DNA of 64,000 bases from an uncultured Verrucomicrobiae bacterium (lineage in GTDB: Bacteria > Verrucomicrobiota > Verrucomicrobiia > Chthoniobacterales > Chthoniobacteraceae): NCBI GenBank assembly GCA_963836755.1, contig CAWIKF010000002.1, positions 1,856,001-1,920,000 of the forward strand. Direction: 5' to 3'. Below the pieces are notes generated by a model. That model was not told the DNA's origin. It searched no databases and saw only the letters and a program-made list of their open reading frames with translations. The translations under genes and the position numbers were made by a program. Shown here piece by piece: positions 50,701 to 61,230 of this stretch (positions are counted from its first letter, which is position 1; each line of letters opens with the position of its first letter).

Positions 50701-53289
50701 TTACTCGGAAAAAGTCGTCTCGCCGATGGTGAGATCGTCGATCCCGATCCAATGCTGCCCCTGTGGCGCGCTAATGGGGAAGCTGACTTTCGTTTCCTCG
50801 TCGCGGCCGAGCGTGACCGGCTTCGTGGCTGAAACTTTGCCGTCGAGCAGCAGGTTCACCGCAGTTTTTCCAGCAAGACTTCCTTCGTTGCGAATCGTCA
50901 CTTCGACGCTTTTGTTCTTCGAATTGCCGGAGGGGAGCAGGCGCAGGTTGCGATAGACGAAGACCGGGTGGTAGGGGGCCTTGATGAGGCCGGTGATGGT
51001 GTTGTTGCCGCCGTAGTAGTGCCAGAGCCAGCCGTCGTGGATGATGGTCTGGCCAGGGAAAACGGAGCCGTTGGTGAAAGTCGCCTCGTTCAAGTCGCCG
51101 GTGGGCGCGTCGCCGTAGTAGTCGGGCAGGTAGGGGAGGTCGCCGCGCGAGAGGACTTTGGTCGGGTCGCTTCCGCTCAAGATGTCTTCCACATTGGTGC
51201 AAAGGCGGTTGCCGGAGATGCGGTCTTTGCCGTTGACCTTGGTGCCGGCCTGGGTTTCCACCCGCAGATTGTGATCGGCATCGACGAAGATGTCGCCCGC
51301 GCATTCGTGGCCATCGCACCAGCGGTCGGGTTTCCCAGTGTAATCGGCGGTGCCCATTTTGACCCAGTCGTGAAGATCGTTCGAGAGATAGATGCCGCCT
51401 TCCTCGATGGCTGCGAGGTAGCGGTATTTTTGTCCATTGAAAGCAAACTCGGGGATCTGCTGCTCGTTGTGAGTGTCGATCATACCGCCGATCTTTCCTT
51501 TCACTGGCAGATCCCACGGCTCGGAGTAATGGATGCCGTCTTCGCTGCTGGCCATGAGTTCGTGAACGGGGGATTTGGTGCTATAGCGCTCGAGGAAATA
51601 CAGATTCGTTCCCGCAGGCTGGAGCAGGTCGGGGTCTTCCTCGCTGTCGCGCCCCGGAATCTTTTTGATGATCGGGTTGTGCTCATCCTTGGTCCAATGG
51701 ACGCCGTCGGTGCTGGTGGCCACACCGAGTTCGCTGTCGGGACCGCCATTGGGCGGCGCCGGGATCGGGTTGCCGCGGTAAACCATATACCAGTGGTTGC
51801 CTTTCACGATGACGGCGTTATTCAAAACGCCGCGCGAATCCCAACTGCCGGGCGGGCCGGGGCGCATCACGATTTGATTGGTATCAATGTCCCACGGGTA
51901 GGCTTTGCGATTGATCCGCCGGTAGGCGAGCTGCTGAAAATGCGCTTTGCCTTGGTTCACCGCCAGCATCGGATGATCCGGCAGGTTGACATCGGAGAGG
52001 TCTCGCAAGGTGACAAGGTTGCCGCCATCGACATCCATCAACGTTGCCATGACCGCGCAGGAACGGCGGGACCATGCCAGCTTTAACTGATACGCGACGC
52101 CCGGCTTCAGCGCGGCGGGAGACGATGCGATCTGCCAGAGATAGGCGCCATCCTGCGTGCGGCTCTCCTTCCATGCGGGGAGTTGATAAGCCTTCGGCGT
52201 GATCGCCAAGATGGAGTAACTTTTCACGATTCGCTCGAGGTTCAGCGTCCCACTGGCGGCATCGATCGTGGCGCGGATGCAGGTGCCGTCGGCGTCCGTG
52301 AAGCCGGCCGAGGCAGAGCTGGTCGCGTCGTCGAGCGTGACCATTGTCGAGACCTCGCCTTCGCTCACACCGAGGCTGACGTTCTTCACGTAAGCCGAGG
52401 AATTCGGCGCTCCCGCGAGCGACTTTTTTCCATCGGTAGAGTCCGCGGAGGCCACCCCATGGTTGACGTAGTTTGAGAGATCACCGGCGTCAAAGTTGTC
52501 GCTGTAATCGCGATCGGGATAAGGCGCAGGCGGGCCGGCCGTGAAGCGAAAGCAATTCGAGCGCTGCTTTTCTTTCTTCGGCCCTTCAGCGACCACATAC
52601 CAGTGATGCTCGCCCGCGCCCGGATTTTTCACTTCGAGAAAAGTCTTCTTTGTCGGCGATTGCGGAGCGTCGTCGAGATAGACGGTGTAGTTAACGTCCT
52701 TCCCGAGGCTGGTCCATTGCAGGACCGGATTTCCCTCCTCAAAACATGCGCCGTTCGGGGCGACGAGGCGGAAACCTTCATCGCTGGTCAAGTCGATGGC
52801 GTTAAACTCCATGGCGTATCCCTGGCTTTGCGAGTTCTTCCCTTCCACCTGCAAACGAAGGATTGCCTTGCCCGCTTTCAGGAAAGTGCAGTTGCCAAAG
52901 TCGAGCGTCCGCGGCGAGCGAGACGCGGCGAACAAGTCCTGCGCCTCCCCTTGCTTCACTCCATCAACGAACGCCTGGACTTTTGCGGAGGAATTGCCGG
53001 CAAACGCCTGCACCGTGAGTTTGTAAGTTCCCGCTTCGGGAATCTGGAGCACGTATTCCACCCATTGGCCGACGGCGAAGGTCCCGTAAAAATGGGAGTC
53101 GAAGCCGGGCTCACCGAAGTGGAGCCAGTTCAAGTTTGGCGGGAAGGAACGTGAGACCAGTTCTTCGGATTTAAAATCGAGCGAAGCGCCCGCAGCAGAA
53201 GTCGCGGAAACGCCGTTGGGCAAACCGCCCAGCGAAAGTAACAGCGCCGTTCCTACCGGAAGAAAAAGCGCATGTGAAAGAAGCTTCAC
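50701..53289 (-). CDS. Secreted multidomain glycoside hydrolase (CBM6/35-like, Ig-like, GH43/130-clan beta-propeller, CARDB-like)
   Basis: GQWVEYVL..AGTYKL, PGSWDSRGVLN, WYMVYRG, ATSTDGVHW, EDP, WHYYGG, VTIRNEG. Confidence 0.7.
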   Translation of the reverse strand: MKLLSHALFLPVGTALLLSLGGLPNGVSATSAAGASLDFKSEELVSRSFPPNLNWLHFGEPGFDSHFYGTFAVGQWVEYVLQIPEAGTYKLTVQAFAGNSSAKVQAFVDGVKQGEAQDLFAASRSPRTLDFGNCTFLKAGKAILRLQVEGKNSQSQGYAMEFNAIDLTSDEGFRLVAPNGACFEEGNPVLQWTSLGKDVNYTVYLDDAPQSPTKKTFLEVKNPGAGEHHWYVVAEGPKKEKQRSNCFRFTAGPPAPYPDRDYSDNFDAGDLSNYVNHGVASADSTDGKKSLAGAPNSSAYVKNVSLGVSEGEVSTMVTLDDATSSASAGFTDADGTCIRATIDAASGTLNLERIVKSYSILAITPKAYQLPAWKESRTQDGAYLWQIASSPAALKPGVAYQLKLAWSRRSCAVMATLMDVDGGNLVTLRDLSDVNLPDHPMLAVNQGKAHFQQLAYRRINRKAYPWDIDTNQIVMRPGPPGSWDSRGVLNNAVIVKGNHWYMVYRGNPIPAPPNGGPDSELGVATSTDGVHWTKDEHNPIIKKIPGRDSEEDPDLLQPAGTNLYFLERYSTKSPVHELMASSEDGIHYSEPWDLPVKGKIGGMIDTHNEQQIPEFAFNGQKYRYLAAIEEGGIYLSNDLHDWVKMGTADYTGKPDRWCDGHECAGDIFVDADHNLRVETQAGTKVNGKDRISGNRLCTNVEDILSGSDPTKVLSRGDLPYLPDYYGDAPTGDLNEATFTNGSVFPGQTIIHDGWLWHYYGGNNTITGLIKAPYHPVFVYRNLRLLPSGNSKNKSVEVTIRNEGSLAGKTAVNLLLDGKVSATKPVTLGRDEETKVSFPISAPQGQHWIGIDDLTIGETTFSE

Positions 53290-53340
53290 CGATGTGTATT
53301 GAGTAAAAGTTTGGGCGACAGTTCCCGAAGCTTTACCGCG

Positions 53341-54588
53341 TCACTTCACCGGTGCGTTCGCCAGCCCGACAAACCGGTCCCCGGCGCCATAGTAGAGATA
53401 CCATTGGCCATCGCGCTGGATGATGCAGTTGGTCCAGAGACAATTTTTGTTTTGCCCGCTTTCGTAGGGTTCGCGCGGCTTCATGATGCAATCGTCGAGT
53501 TTGCCGGTCGTCGTGGTAAGGTCGTTCTTGTTAATCAGCATCTCGGAGATGGCGTAAAACCATTTGCCTTTGCCGTTCAAGGTGCCGGCGATGAAAAGGA
53601 CGATGTTGTCAGGATTGGCCGACGAGGAGTCGATCACGGCCACGCAAGGTTCGTAGGGACCGCCCCAGCCCGGGGGAAGTTTGACGCCGCTGAGGTTCAC
53701 CGTCGGCGTCCAAGTGAGCATGTCGTCCGAGTAGCTGATCTTGAAGTTGCCGTTGCCGCAATACATGACGTATTTGCCGTTGACCTTCACCGGCGTCCCG
53801 TTTGGATCGGAGAGCACAGCGGCATTCTTCGTCCCGCTCACCACCGAGCCGAGCTTCTTCCAGTGAATCGCATCGGGCGAAGTCGCTTCGCAGATAGCCA
53901 TGTGCCTGTTGAGGTCGTTGCCGGTGTAGAAGGCGTAATAGGTATCGCCGAGCTTAAAAAGCCGCGCGTCCTCGGCGCCATAATTTTTCTCGTTCGGCCC
54001 CGTCTTGTCGATGACCGGGTCCGGCTTGCTCTCAAAGGTCACGCCATCCGTGCTCTCTGCGTAGCCTTCGGTGGAGGGCCAGCTCCTGTCCTGCGCGCGG
54101 TAGAGCATGTGAAACTTCCCATCGGCATAGACCACACCGGGATTGAAAGCATTCTTCGACTCCCAAGTCGTGCCTTGGGGACTGAGAATCGGATTTTTTC
54201 CATAACGAACGAACGGGCCGATGGCCCACGCCGGCCAACTTTCCGGAGGATCGACCGTGAACGCAGAAGGGCTGGAAGAAACCGCATCGCCGCTGGCAGG
54301 GATGGCTTTGATGGACCAATGATGCACACCCGGCGCGAGCGGAGTCGTGAGTGCGTAATTCAAGACCGGCCCCGCGGCTCCCTTGGTCTCGCCTACTTTA
54401 GCGTCATCGACATAGACCTCGTAGTTTTTTGAGCCAGGAATTTCTTTCCAGAACAACAAAGGTTTGGCGACCGGGAAATGATCGTCATTTTTAGGCGAGC
54501 AAAGTTCCAAAGTCGCCGGAGCTGCCTCAAGCCGGAAAGCAGTGAGAGCCAGGAGAAGAACGGTGGTGAAGCTGAGCTTGTTTTTCAT
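53341..54588 (-). CDS. Secreted GH130-like glycosidase/phosphorylase with an N-terminal Ig/FN3-like domain
   Basis: NPILSP, FNPGV, MLYRAQD, GAEDARL, YYAFYTG, WYLYYGAGD. Confidence 0.8.
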   Translation of the reverse strand: MKNKLSFTTVLLLALTAFRLEAAPATLELCSPKNDDHFPVAKPLLFWKEIPGSKNYEVYVDDAKVGETKGAAGPVLNYALTTPLAPGVHHWSIKAIPASGDAVSSSPSAFTVDPPESWPAWAIGPFVRYGKNPILSPQGTTWESKNAFNPGVVYADGKFHMLYRAQDRSWPSTEGYAESTDGVTFESKPDPVIDKTGPNEKNYGAEDARLFKLGDTYYAFYTGNDLNRHMAICEATSPDAIHWKKLGSVVSGTKNAAVLSDPNGTPVKVNGKYVMYCGNGNFKISYSDDMLTWTPTVNLSGVKLPPGWGGPYEPCVAVIDSSSANPDNIVLFIAGTLNGKGKWFYAISEMLINKNDLTTTTGKLDDCIMKPREPYESGQNKNCLWTNCIIQRDGQWYLYYGAGDRFVGLANAPVK

Positions 54589-54763
54589 AAGGGGAGCAAA
54601 GTTTCTATTTCGATCGGAACCGGAGATTTAGTTTCCCCGCGAAATGGGAAGCAAGTTTTTTCAAAAATGTTTTCACGCTACTTCGCTTGCAAACCCACTT
54701 GTCGGCGATTCCGGTTCGTGCATAGTAGCTGCCCTACGCAACGCCGCACGCGTAGCGCAATTC

Positions 54764-54836
54764 GCACCGTTAGCTCAACTGGCAGAGCACGTGACTCTTA
54801 ATCACTAGGTTGAAGGTTCGATTCCTTCACGGTGCA
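54764..54836 (+). tRNA. tRNA-Lys (CTT), CCA not encoded
   Basis: GCACCGT/ACGGTGC acceptor stem, anticodon loop CTCTTAA, GGTTCGATTCC T-arm. Confidence 0.93.
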
Positions 54837-54840
54837 CATC

Positions 54841-54877
54841 ATCGGCTGCCGATGGCTTGAGGCGCCGCCGATTTTTT
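54841..54877 (+). terminator. Terminator-like hairpin after tRNA-Lys
   Basis: atcggc...gccgat stem followed by a T run. Confidence 0.5.
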
Positions 54878-54880
54878 GCG

Positions 54881-55288
54881 TCAGCTTTTGTCGATGCTGT
54901 ATTTGCCGGGCCCGATGACGACAAGGCTCGCAAAGACAATCGCCAGCTCAATGGGACGCGAAGCCACGCTCTGAAAATCTTTCTTTTCTTTTAGCATTTT
55001 CGTGGAGGCGACGAGCATGGTGATCGTCAGCAGAATGCACGCGGGGCGAAAAAAAAGACCGAGAATGAGAAAGATGCCGCCAAAGCATTCCGAGAACGCC
55101 GCCATGAAGCCCCACACTTTCGGGTAGCCGTGGATGCCGACAAAGTTGATCGCCTTTCCGAGCACTGCCCAGCCTGCCGGTCCGCTCATGATTTTCGGCG
55201 CGCCGTGGATGATGAACATGATGCCGAGGCCGATGCGAAGAAAAAGCAGCGCGCCTTCGCGGTAGCGGTTGAGAAAGCTCAGGATCAT
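54881..55288 (-). CDS. DoxX-family membrane protein
   Basis: LRIGLGIMFIIHGAPK, ECFGG, GPGKYSID. Confidence 0.9.
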   Translation of the reverse strand: MILSFLNRYREGALLFLRIGLGIMFIIHGAPKIMSGPAGWAVLGKAINFVGIHGYPKVWGFMAAFSECFGGIFLILGLFFRPACILLTITMLVASTKMLKEKKDFQSVASRPIELAIVFASLVVIGPGKYSIDKS

Positions 55289-55507
55289 GCGCGCGAAGCT
55301 ATTTCCCGCGCCGGTAATTGCCAATTTGAAAATCAGTAGCGCGGCGAATTTTCGGGAGCAAAATGCTGCTGCAGTGGATGAAGGCAACGTTGCGAAAAAA
55401 TATGAACGCAATGGCAATTCCAGCTATTGCCGGAAGCCTCTGCGCGAGCCAAAAAGAAACGGCATGAATCGCTTGCCAGAATCGAAAAAACTGACAGCCT
55501 GCCGCCG

Positions 55508-56335
55508 ATGAAAACTTCTTTGACTCTCACGGTTGCCGGTGTGGCCTTGGTCGCCGGCGTGTTCACCTCCACATTTTCCGCTCCCGCTTTTGCCGAAGAT
55601 GCTCCTGCCGAAAAGGCGCAGGTGCTTTTGGACAAAGTGAAAAAAAGTCAGCTCGATCGGCAGCTCGCGGAGAAGCAGACGACGATCGATCGTCTGCACG
55701 AAGATCTCGATCACAACAAAAAGGACGCGGAAAGTTTGCAGCAGACGATCGACGCGACGGCAAATCTCATCAACGACAGCACGAAGCATTACGAAGAATT
55801 GAGCGCCGAGCGCCGCCGCTTGCAGCACGACCTCAATCTCACCATCGCCCGCATCGACGCCGAGACGCAGCGCCTCGACGGCTTGCGCAACCTCAGCACC
55901 GCGCAAGGCAAATCGCTGAGCGCGCTCAATCGCCACATCGAGGAAATCGACGTCCGCAGCCAGCTTCATACAGCGGAGATGAAGGCGATGGCCGACGGCA
56001 AGCTGCAAGCCGGCGAAGAAATTGACGACAAAAAGCATCCCGACCTGATGAAGCTCCGCAAGGAACTCTACACGTCCGAGGCGAAGACGGAGTCGGAGGA
56101 AAAGGCGGCGCGCATCGCGATGAAAGCCGCTGCTTCCAAAGTTCAGGCCGCCGACATGGCGGCAGCGCGCGTGCAAAAACTTTCCGCGGAAGTTGCATCC
56201 GAGGAAACGGGTTCCGGTGCGAAACCTGTCACCGCGAAGGCTGTGCCAAAATCTTCAAACTCGCTCGCGCCGATCGGTGAAAAATTGCCGCCGAAAACTT
56301 TGGCGAAGCCCAGCGCGACGCCGACGAAACATTGA
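55508..56335 (+). CDS. Secreted coiled-coil hypothetical protein
   Basis: Signal peptide ending AFA, long heptad region, Pro/Lys tail. Confidence 0.7.
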   Translation: MKTSLTLTVAGVALVAGVFTSTFSAPAFAEDAPAEKAQVLLDKVKKSQLDRQLAEKQTTIDRLHEDLDHNKKDAESLQQTIDATANLINDSTKHYEELSAERRRLQHDLNLTIARIDAETQRLDGLRNLSTAQGKSLSALNRHIEEIDVRSQLHTAEMKAMADGKLQAGEEIDDKKHPDLMKLRKELYTSEAKTESEEKAARIAMKAAASKVQAADMAAARVQKLSAEVASEETGSGAKPVTAKAVPKSSNSLAPIGEKLPPKTLAKPSATPTKH

Positions 56336-56350
56336 CGCGCTGCGCTGCGC

Positions 56351-57631
56351 CTAAAATTCCTCGATCGTCAATTTGATGTCGTCGAGCTTGTGCAGCAGCA
56401 GATCGTGGTCGGCCAGAAATTCATCGCGCGTCGCAAGCGTCTTGAATTTTACCTTCGGTTTCTCCTGCGCCATTTCATCGCCGTAGAGAATCGCGATGCG
56501 CGCGCCGATTTGCTCCGCGGTCTGAAACTGTTTGCCGACCTTTGCGGGCGCCAGCGAGAAATCGACGCGGAACCCGAGCTCGCGCAGACGCTGCGCATCC
56601 GATAGCGCGACGATGCGAAATTCCTCCTTCGCGATGACGAGATAAATCTGCGCGCTCGGCCGCTGCGAGATCCAGCGCTGCATTTTTTCCAGCGCGTGCG
56701 GCGTCTCGTCAATCAGTTCGCCCAGAACGACGTCGCCCATTCCGAAACCGAGCGCGGGGAGCGCCGTTTTACCGTCGCTCATGTCGCGCAGCAGATTGTC
56801 GTAGCGTCCGCCGCCGGCGAGCGCGCGGAGATTTTTACCGCAATCGAAAACCTCAAAAACCAGGCCTGTATAATAAGCAAGACCGCGGACGATCAGCGGA
56901 TCGAGTTTGTAAAAACGCCTCAAGCCGCGCGCATCGAGCTCTGCCGACAGTTCGTTAAACTTCTTAAAATTCTCGCCGGGATTTTCAATAAACCCGCGGA
57001 CGCTCTCGATGCTCAGTCCGAACGCCTCCAACTTTTTCGCCGTCTCTTGCGGCGACTCGCGTTCCATTTTGTCGATGATCTGCAAAAACTCCGGCGCGCG
57101 CGCCGAGGCGATATTTTTCGCGGCGAGAAAAGCCAGCCACGCATCGCGGTCGCTCACGCGCACGACGAAATCTTTTTCCGTGAATCCAAAGCTGCGCAGC
57201 ACATCGATCATCAGCGCGATCATCTCTGCATCGGCAGCGACGCCTGGCTCGCCGATGATGTCGCAGTTGAGCTGGAAAAACTCGCGCAGCCGACCGCGCT
57301 GCTGTTTTTCGTAGCGGAAACATTGCGGCATCGCGAACCACTTCAGCGGCTTTTTGAAATCGCGTTCGCGCGCCGCGACCATCCGCGCGAGCGTCGGCGT
57401 CATCTCCGGGCGCAACGCGACGGCGCGTTCACCTTTATCGACAAAGTTGAACAACTGTTTCACGATCTCGGTGCCGCTTTTTTTGCGGTAAAGTTCCTCG
57501 TTTTCCAAAACCGGCCCGTCATATTCGACGAAACCATAGCGGCGGCAGACCTCGCGCCAATGGGTTAGAATGTAGTAGCGGCGCACGCACTCATCGGGGA
57601 AAAAATCGCGGAAACCGGGAAGGATTTGCAT
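56351..57631 (-). CDS. hisS: Histidine--tRNA ligase
   Basis: LRPEMT, FRYEKQQRGRLREFFQ, RGLAYYTG, GGGRYD. Confidence 0.96.
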   Translation of the reverse strand: MQILPGFRDFFPDECVRRYYILTHWREVCRRYGFVEYDGPVLENEELYRKKSGTEIVKQLFNFVDKGERAVALRPEMTPTLARMVAARERDFKKPLKWFAMPQCFRYEKQQRGRLREFFQLNCDIIGEPGVAADAEMIALMIDVLRSFGFTEKDFVVRVSDRDAWLAFLAAKNIASARAPEFLQIIDKMERESPQETAKKLEAFGLSIESVRGFIENPGENFKKFNELSAELDARGLRRFYKLDPLIVRGLAYYTGLVFEVFDCGKNLRALAGGGRYDNLLRDMSDGKTALPALGFGMGDVVLGELIDETPHALEKMQRWISQRPSAQIYLVIAKEEFRIVALSDAQRLRELGFRVDFSLAPAKVGKQFQTAEQIGARIAILYGDEMAQEKPKVKFKTLATRDEFLADHDLLLHKLDDIKLTIEEF

Positions 57632-57733
57632 GGGTTGGAGGCAAAGATCAATGCGAATGGAGCAACGATAGTCGAGCAAATCATCGCGCGGTTCCATGTT
57701 TCTTCGATGCGCATCCGCAGCTAATTTTTACGC

Positions 57734-58786
57734 GTGCTCACCGATCTTTCGCTCCGGAACTTTCGCTGCTTTCATGCGCTCGCGTGCGAGTTCGCGCCAG
57801 GGATGAATGTATTCGTCGGGCCAAACGCGCAGGGGAAGTCGTCGCTGCTGGAAGCCGTCTGCGTGCTGCTGCGGCTGCAATCGCCGCGCATCGCAAAGCT
57901 CGGCCACGCGATCCGGCACGAGCAGCGCGGTTTCGTGCTCGACGGATATTTCGCGCAGCGGCACATGCAGTTTTATTTTTCCCGCGAGCGGAAAAAACTT
58001 GCTCTCGATTCCGTGGAGCAAAAGTCCGCGCGGCAATATCTCGAGGTCGCGTCGGTGGTGCATTTTTCAAACGCGGACATCGAGATCGTGCGCGGCGCGG
58101 CCGAGCAGCGGCGGCGTTTCATGGATTTTGTCGCCGCGCAGATGGACGGCAGCTATCGCAAAAGATTGCGCGATTATGAGCGCGCACTGCGTTCGCGGAA
58201 CTTTTTGCTGAAAGCCGCGCGGCAAAATTGGCGCGAAATCTCCGCGTTCGATCGACCGCTGGTCGAAGCAGGCGATTATGTGACTGCGGTGCGCCGACGG
58301 CTGGCGACGGAGCTGGAGCCTCACGCGGCGGCAGCGCAATCGGGAATTACGAGCCAAAACGAAACATTGACGCTCCGTTACACGAGCGGCAGCGCAGAAA
58401 ATTTCGCCGATGAACTGGAAAAGACGCGCGACGAGGATTCGCGTCTTCGCCAGACAAATTGCGGTCCACATCGTGACGAACTTTTCTTCACGCTGAACGG
58501 CGTCGGCGCGGAAATCGCGAGCGAAGGGCAGCAGCGCTCGATCGTGCTTTCGCTCAAGCTCGCGCAAACGCGTTTGCTCGCTTTGAAAACCGGTGCGCAG
58601 CCGCTTCTTCTGCTTGACGATATTTTCGGCGAGCTTGATCCGGCGCGGCGCAACGCGCTTTTCGCGAGCCTGCCGCCGGACGCGCAGCAGCTCGTGACGA
58701 CGACGCATCTCGATTGGATGCGGCCGCTGCCTCAGGTGAGGATTTACGATATAAACGCTGGGAAAGTCCGACTGCGCGACGCGTGA
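57734..58786 (+). CDS. recF: DNA replication/repair protein RecF
   Basis: GPNAQGKS, RRRFMD, GPHRD, SEGQQR, LLLDDIFGELD. Confidence 0.93.
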   Translation: MLTDLSLRNFRCFHALACEFAPGMNVFVGPNAQGKSSLLEAVCVLLRLQSPRIAKLGHAIRHEQRGFVLDGYFAQRHMQFYFSRERKKLALDSVEQKSARQYLEVASVVHFSNADIEIVRGAAEQRRRFMDFVAAQMDGSYRKRLRDYERALRSRNFLLKAARQNWREISAFDRPLVEAGDYVTAVRRRLATELEPHAAAAQSGITSQNETLTLRYTSGSAENFADELEKTRDEDSRLRQTNCGPHRDELFFTLNGVGAEIASEGQQRSIVLSLKLAQTRLLALKTGAQPLLLLDDIFGELDPARRNALFASLPPDAQQLVTTTHLDWMRPLPQVRIYDINAGKVRLRDA

Positions 58787-58788
58787 AT

Positions 58789-59901
58789 TCAGCAGCAATG
58801 CGACTTTGACGCACTGCCGCTTTTTCGATGAACGAAAACGAGCCATGCGCCAAAAGCGATCGCGACGAAGTTGAGCCACGTCGTGTAATTCCACAAGAAT
58901 CCCGCATGCATCATCGCCGCCGAAGCTTGATGCGGTGCGGGCGCGAGGCCGATCGATGTAAAAAGTAAATCGACGACCATGCTGGCGATCACCATCGAAA
59001 GATACAGGACGAGCGCGAGATACGCGGCGAGTTTTGTGCCATAATATTTCCGATAAGCGGACAGCAGCGGCAGCACGAGCAGATCGCCATAAATGAACGC
59101 GATGACGCCGCCGAAGCCGATGCCCGATGACCATAGCAAAGCGGCGAGGGGAATGTTGCCGACGGAACAAACGAAGGACGCAAGCGCGATGAGCGGGCCG
59201 ATTGAAGCGTTTCCGATGAGCCGCAGCGGCGACGGGTTTTGTGTGTCGAAAAGTGCCTTCCACCAATCGTGAGGCACGAGCACCATCAGAAATCCTGCGA
59301 TCACAACGCCGAGGAGGATTTCTTTCCAGAGCATCGAAACATCCATGAAAAATGCATCGGCGATCCGCGACCAAACTTTGATTCCAGTGCCCATTCCATC
59401 GTCCTTGTGAGCATGTTCGCCGTGGTCATGCTGATGGCAGCCGCCGCCGTTTTCGCTGCCGCGTTTGCGCGCCGCGTCGACCAACTTTTGCGGGAGCGTG
59501 ATCGCCATGATGATCCACATGACGCCGATTAAAACGAACGCGCCCACAAATTCCGCGAGCACGAAACGCCAGCCCATCAGCATCCAGAGCACGAGTCCGA
59601 GCTCGGCCACGAGATTGGTCGAGGCAAACATGAACGCGACGGATGGAATGAATGCCGCGCCTTTTTTAAACGCTGTGTTCGCCGTGGCCGACGCTGCGTA
59701 GGAGCAGGACGAGCTCGCGGCGCCGAGTGCAGTGGCGAGGCCGATCTCGCGCCAGCCGGCGCGGCCAAACCATTCCGCCATTTTTTCTTTGCTCACGAAA
59801 ACCTGCATCGCGGCGGAAATCGTGAAGCCGAAGACGAGCGCCCAAAGCATTTCCCAAAGCATCGCGGCCGCGAAATACAAACTCTGCCAAAGCCATTGCA
59901 T
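58789..59901 (-). CDS. DUF318/ArsP-family permease with a His-rich loop
   Basis: SSSCSY and FVCSVG motifs, CHQHDHGEHAH loop, C-terminal HCC. Confidence 0.82.
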   Translation of the reverse strand: MQWLWQSLYFAAAMLWEMLWALVFGFTISAAMQVFVSKEKMAEWFGRAGWREIGLATALGAASSSCSYAASATANTAFKKGAAFIPSVAFMFASTNLVAELGLVLWMLMGWRFVLAEFVGAFVLIGVMWIIMAITLPQKLVDAARKRGSENGGGCHQHDHGEHAHKDDGMGTGIKVWSRIADAFFMDVSMLWKEILLGVVIAGFLMVLVPHDWWKALFDTQNPSPLRLIGNASIGPLIALASFVCSVGNIPLAALLWSSGIGFGGVIAFIYGDLLVLPLLSAYRKYYGTKLAAYLALVLYLSMVIASMVVDLLFTSIGLAPAPHQASAAMMHAGFLWNYTTWLNFVAIAFGAWLVFVHRKSGSASKSHCC

Positions 59902-59937
59902 GTGAAAATCTTCGATCCGCGCGGGGAATATGCGCGG

Positions 59938-61230
59938 CTAAAGTTGCCAGACAGTTTCGCCGGCGACAATCGTCCGAACGGCGCGGCCTTTGACCTGCCA
60001 GCCATCGAACGGCGTGTTGCGCGAGCGCGACGCAAACTTTGTTTTGTCCACAGTCCATTCCAATTGCGGATCGATCAGCGTGACGTCGGCGATTGCGCCG
60101 GGTGAAAGCGTGCCGCGATCGAGCTTCAGCAAACGCGCGGGCTCGATCGTGAGCAGCGCGACGAGGCGCGGCAGATCGATGGCGCGCCTCTTGTGCACAA
60201 GGATGTCGATGAAAAGTCCGAGCTCCGTCTCGAGCCCGACGATGCCGAACGGCGCCATGTCGAACTCGACTTCTTTTTCATAATCGCAATGCGGCGCGTG
60301 GTCGCTGGCGAGGATCGTAATCGTGCCGTCGGCGATGCCGGCGATGAGCGCATCGATGTCCCCGGCCGTGCGCAGCGGCGGATTCATTTTAAAATTTGTG
60401 TCAAAAGCGCGGATCGATTCGTCAGTCAGCGCGATGTGATGCGGACAAACTTCGCCGGAAATTTTGACGCCACGCGCTCGCGCTTCGCGCAAAATGCGCA
60501 CGCTGCCGGCGGCACTGAGATGCTGGCAATGCACAGTTGTCTCACAAAGCTCAGCAAGCTGTGCATTGCGCGCGACGATCACTTCCTCGCCGAGAGATGG
60601 CCAGCCGGGAAGACCGAGTAACGCCGACCAATAGCCCTCATGCATCACGCCTTTGCCGACGAGATTGTAGTCCTGGCAATGGTCCATGATCGGCAGCTCA
60701 AACATGCGCGCGTATTCGAGCGCGCGGCGCATCACCTCATGATTTTGGACGCAATGCCCGTCGTCAGTCAGCGCAACGACGCCCGCGCGATGCATCGCGC
60801 CAATCGGAGCGAGTTCTTCGCCGGCGAGGCTTTTTGTGATCGCGCCGCTTGGAAAAATGTTCACGCATGCTTCGCGAGCCGCGCGATCTTTTACCGATGT
60901 GACGACGCTTGCGTTGTCGATGGCTGGCGAGGTGTTTGGCATGCAGACGACGCTTGTAAAACCGCCCGCCGCCGCCGCGCGCGCGCCGGTCGCGATTGTT
61001 TCCTTCGATGTCTGGCCGGGCTCGCGCAGGTGAACGTGGATGTCGATCAGGCCTGGGGAAACTGTCAGCCCCGTCGCATCGATGACCTCAATTTGCTCGT
61101 CGTGCTTTCGTTCCTTTCCATCGAGATCGATTTTTTCGACGCGGCCGTCGCACAAATAAATGTCGCCGACGCGGTTGAGCGCATTCGCCGGATCGATGAT
61201 GTGGCCGTTGGTGATGAGCGTCCTTTTCAT
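59938..61230 (-). CDS. pyrC: Dihydroorotase
   Basis: [27 protein letters not shown]. Confidence 0.95.
   Translation of the reverse strand: MKRTLITNGHIIDPANALNRVGDIYLCDGRVEKIDLDGKERKHDEQIEVIDATGLTVSPGLIDIHVHLREPGQTSKETIATGARAAAAGGFTSVVCMPNTSPAIDNASVVTSVKDRAAREACVNIFPSGAITKSLAGEELAPIGAMHRAGVVALTDDGHCVQNHEVMRRALEYARMFELPIMDHCQDYNLVGKGVMHEGYWSALLGLPGWPSLGEEVIVARNAQLAELCETTVHCQHLSAAGSVRILREARARGVKISGEVCPHHIALTDESIRAFDTNFKMNPPLRTAGDIDALIAGIADGTITILASDHAPHCDYEKEVEFDMAPFGIVGLETELGLFIDILVHKRRAIDLPRLVALLTIEPARLLKLDRGTLSPGAIADVTLIDPQLEWTVDKTKFASRSRNTPFDGWQVKGRAVRTIVAGETVWQL

Noticed and set aside
46900..54836. Integrative element anchored at tRNA-Lys
   Set aside because: Accessory genes lie on the tRNA 5' side; no integrase or att duplication seen
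57734..58786. recF as a marker of the replication origin
   Set aside because: No dnaA/dnaN/gyrB or DnaA-box cluster nearby
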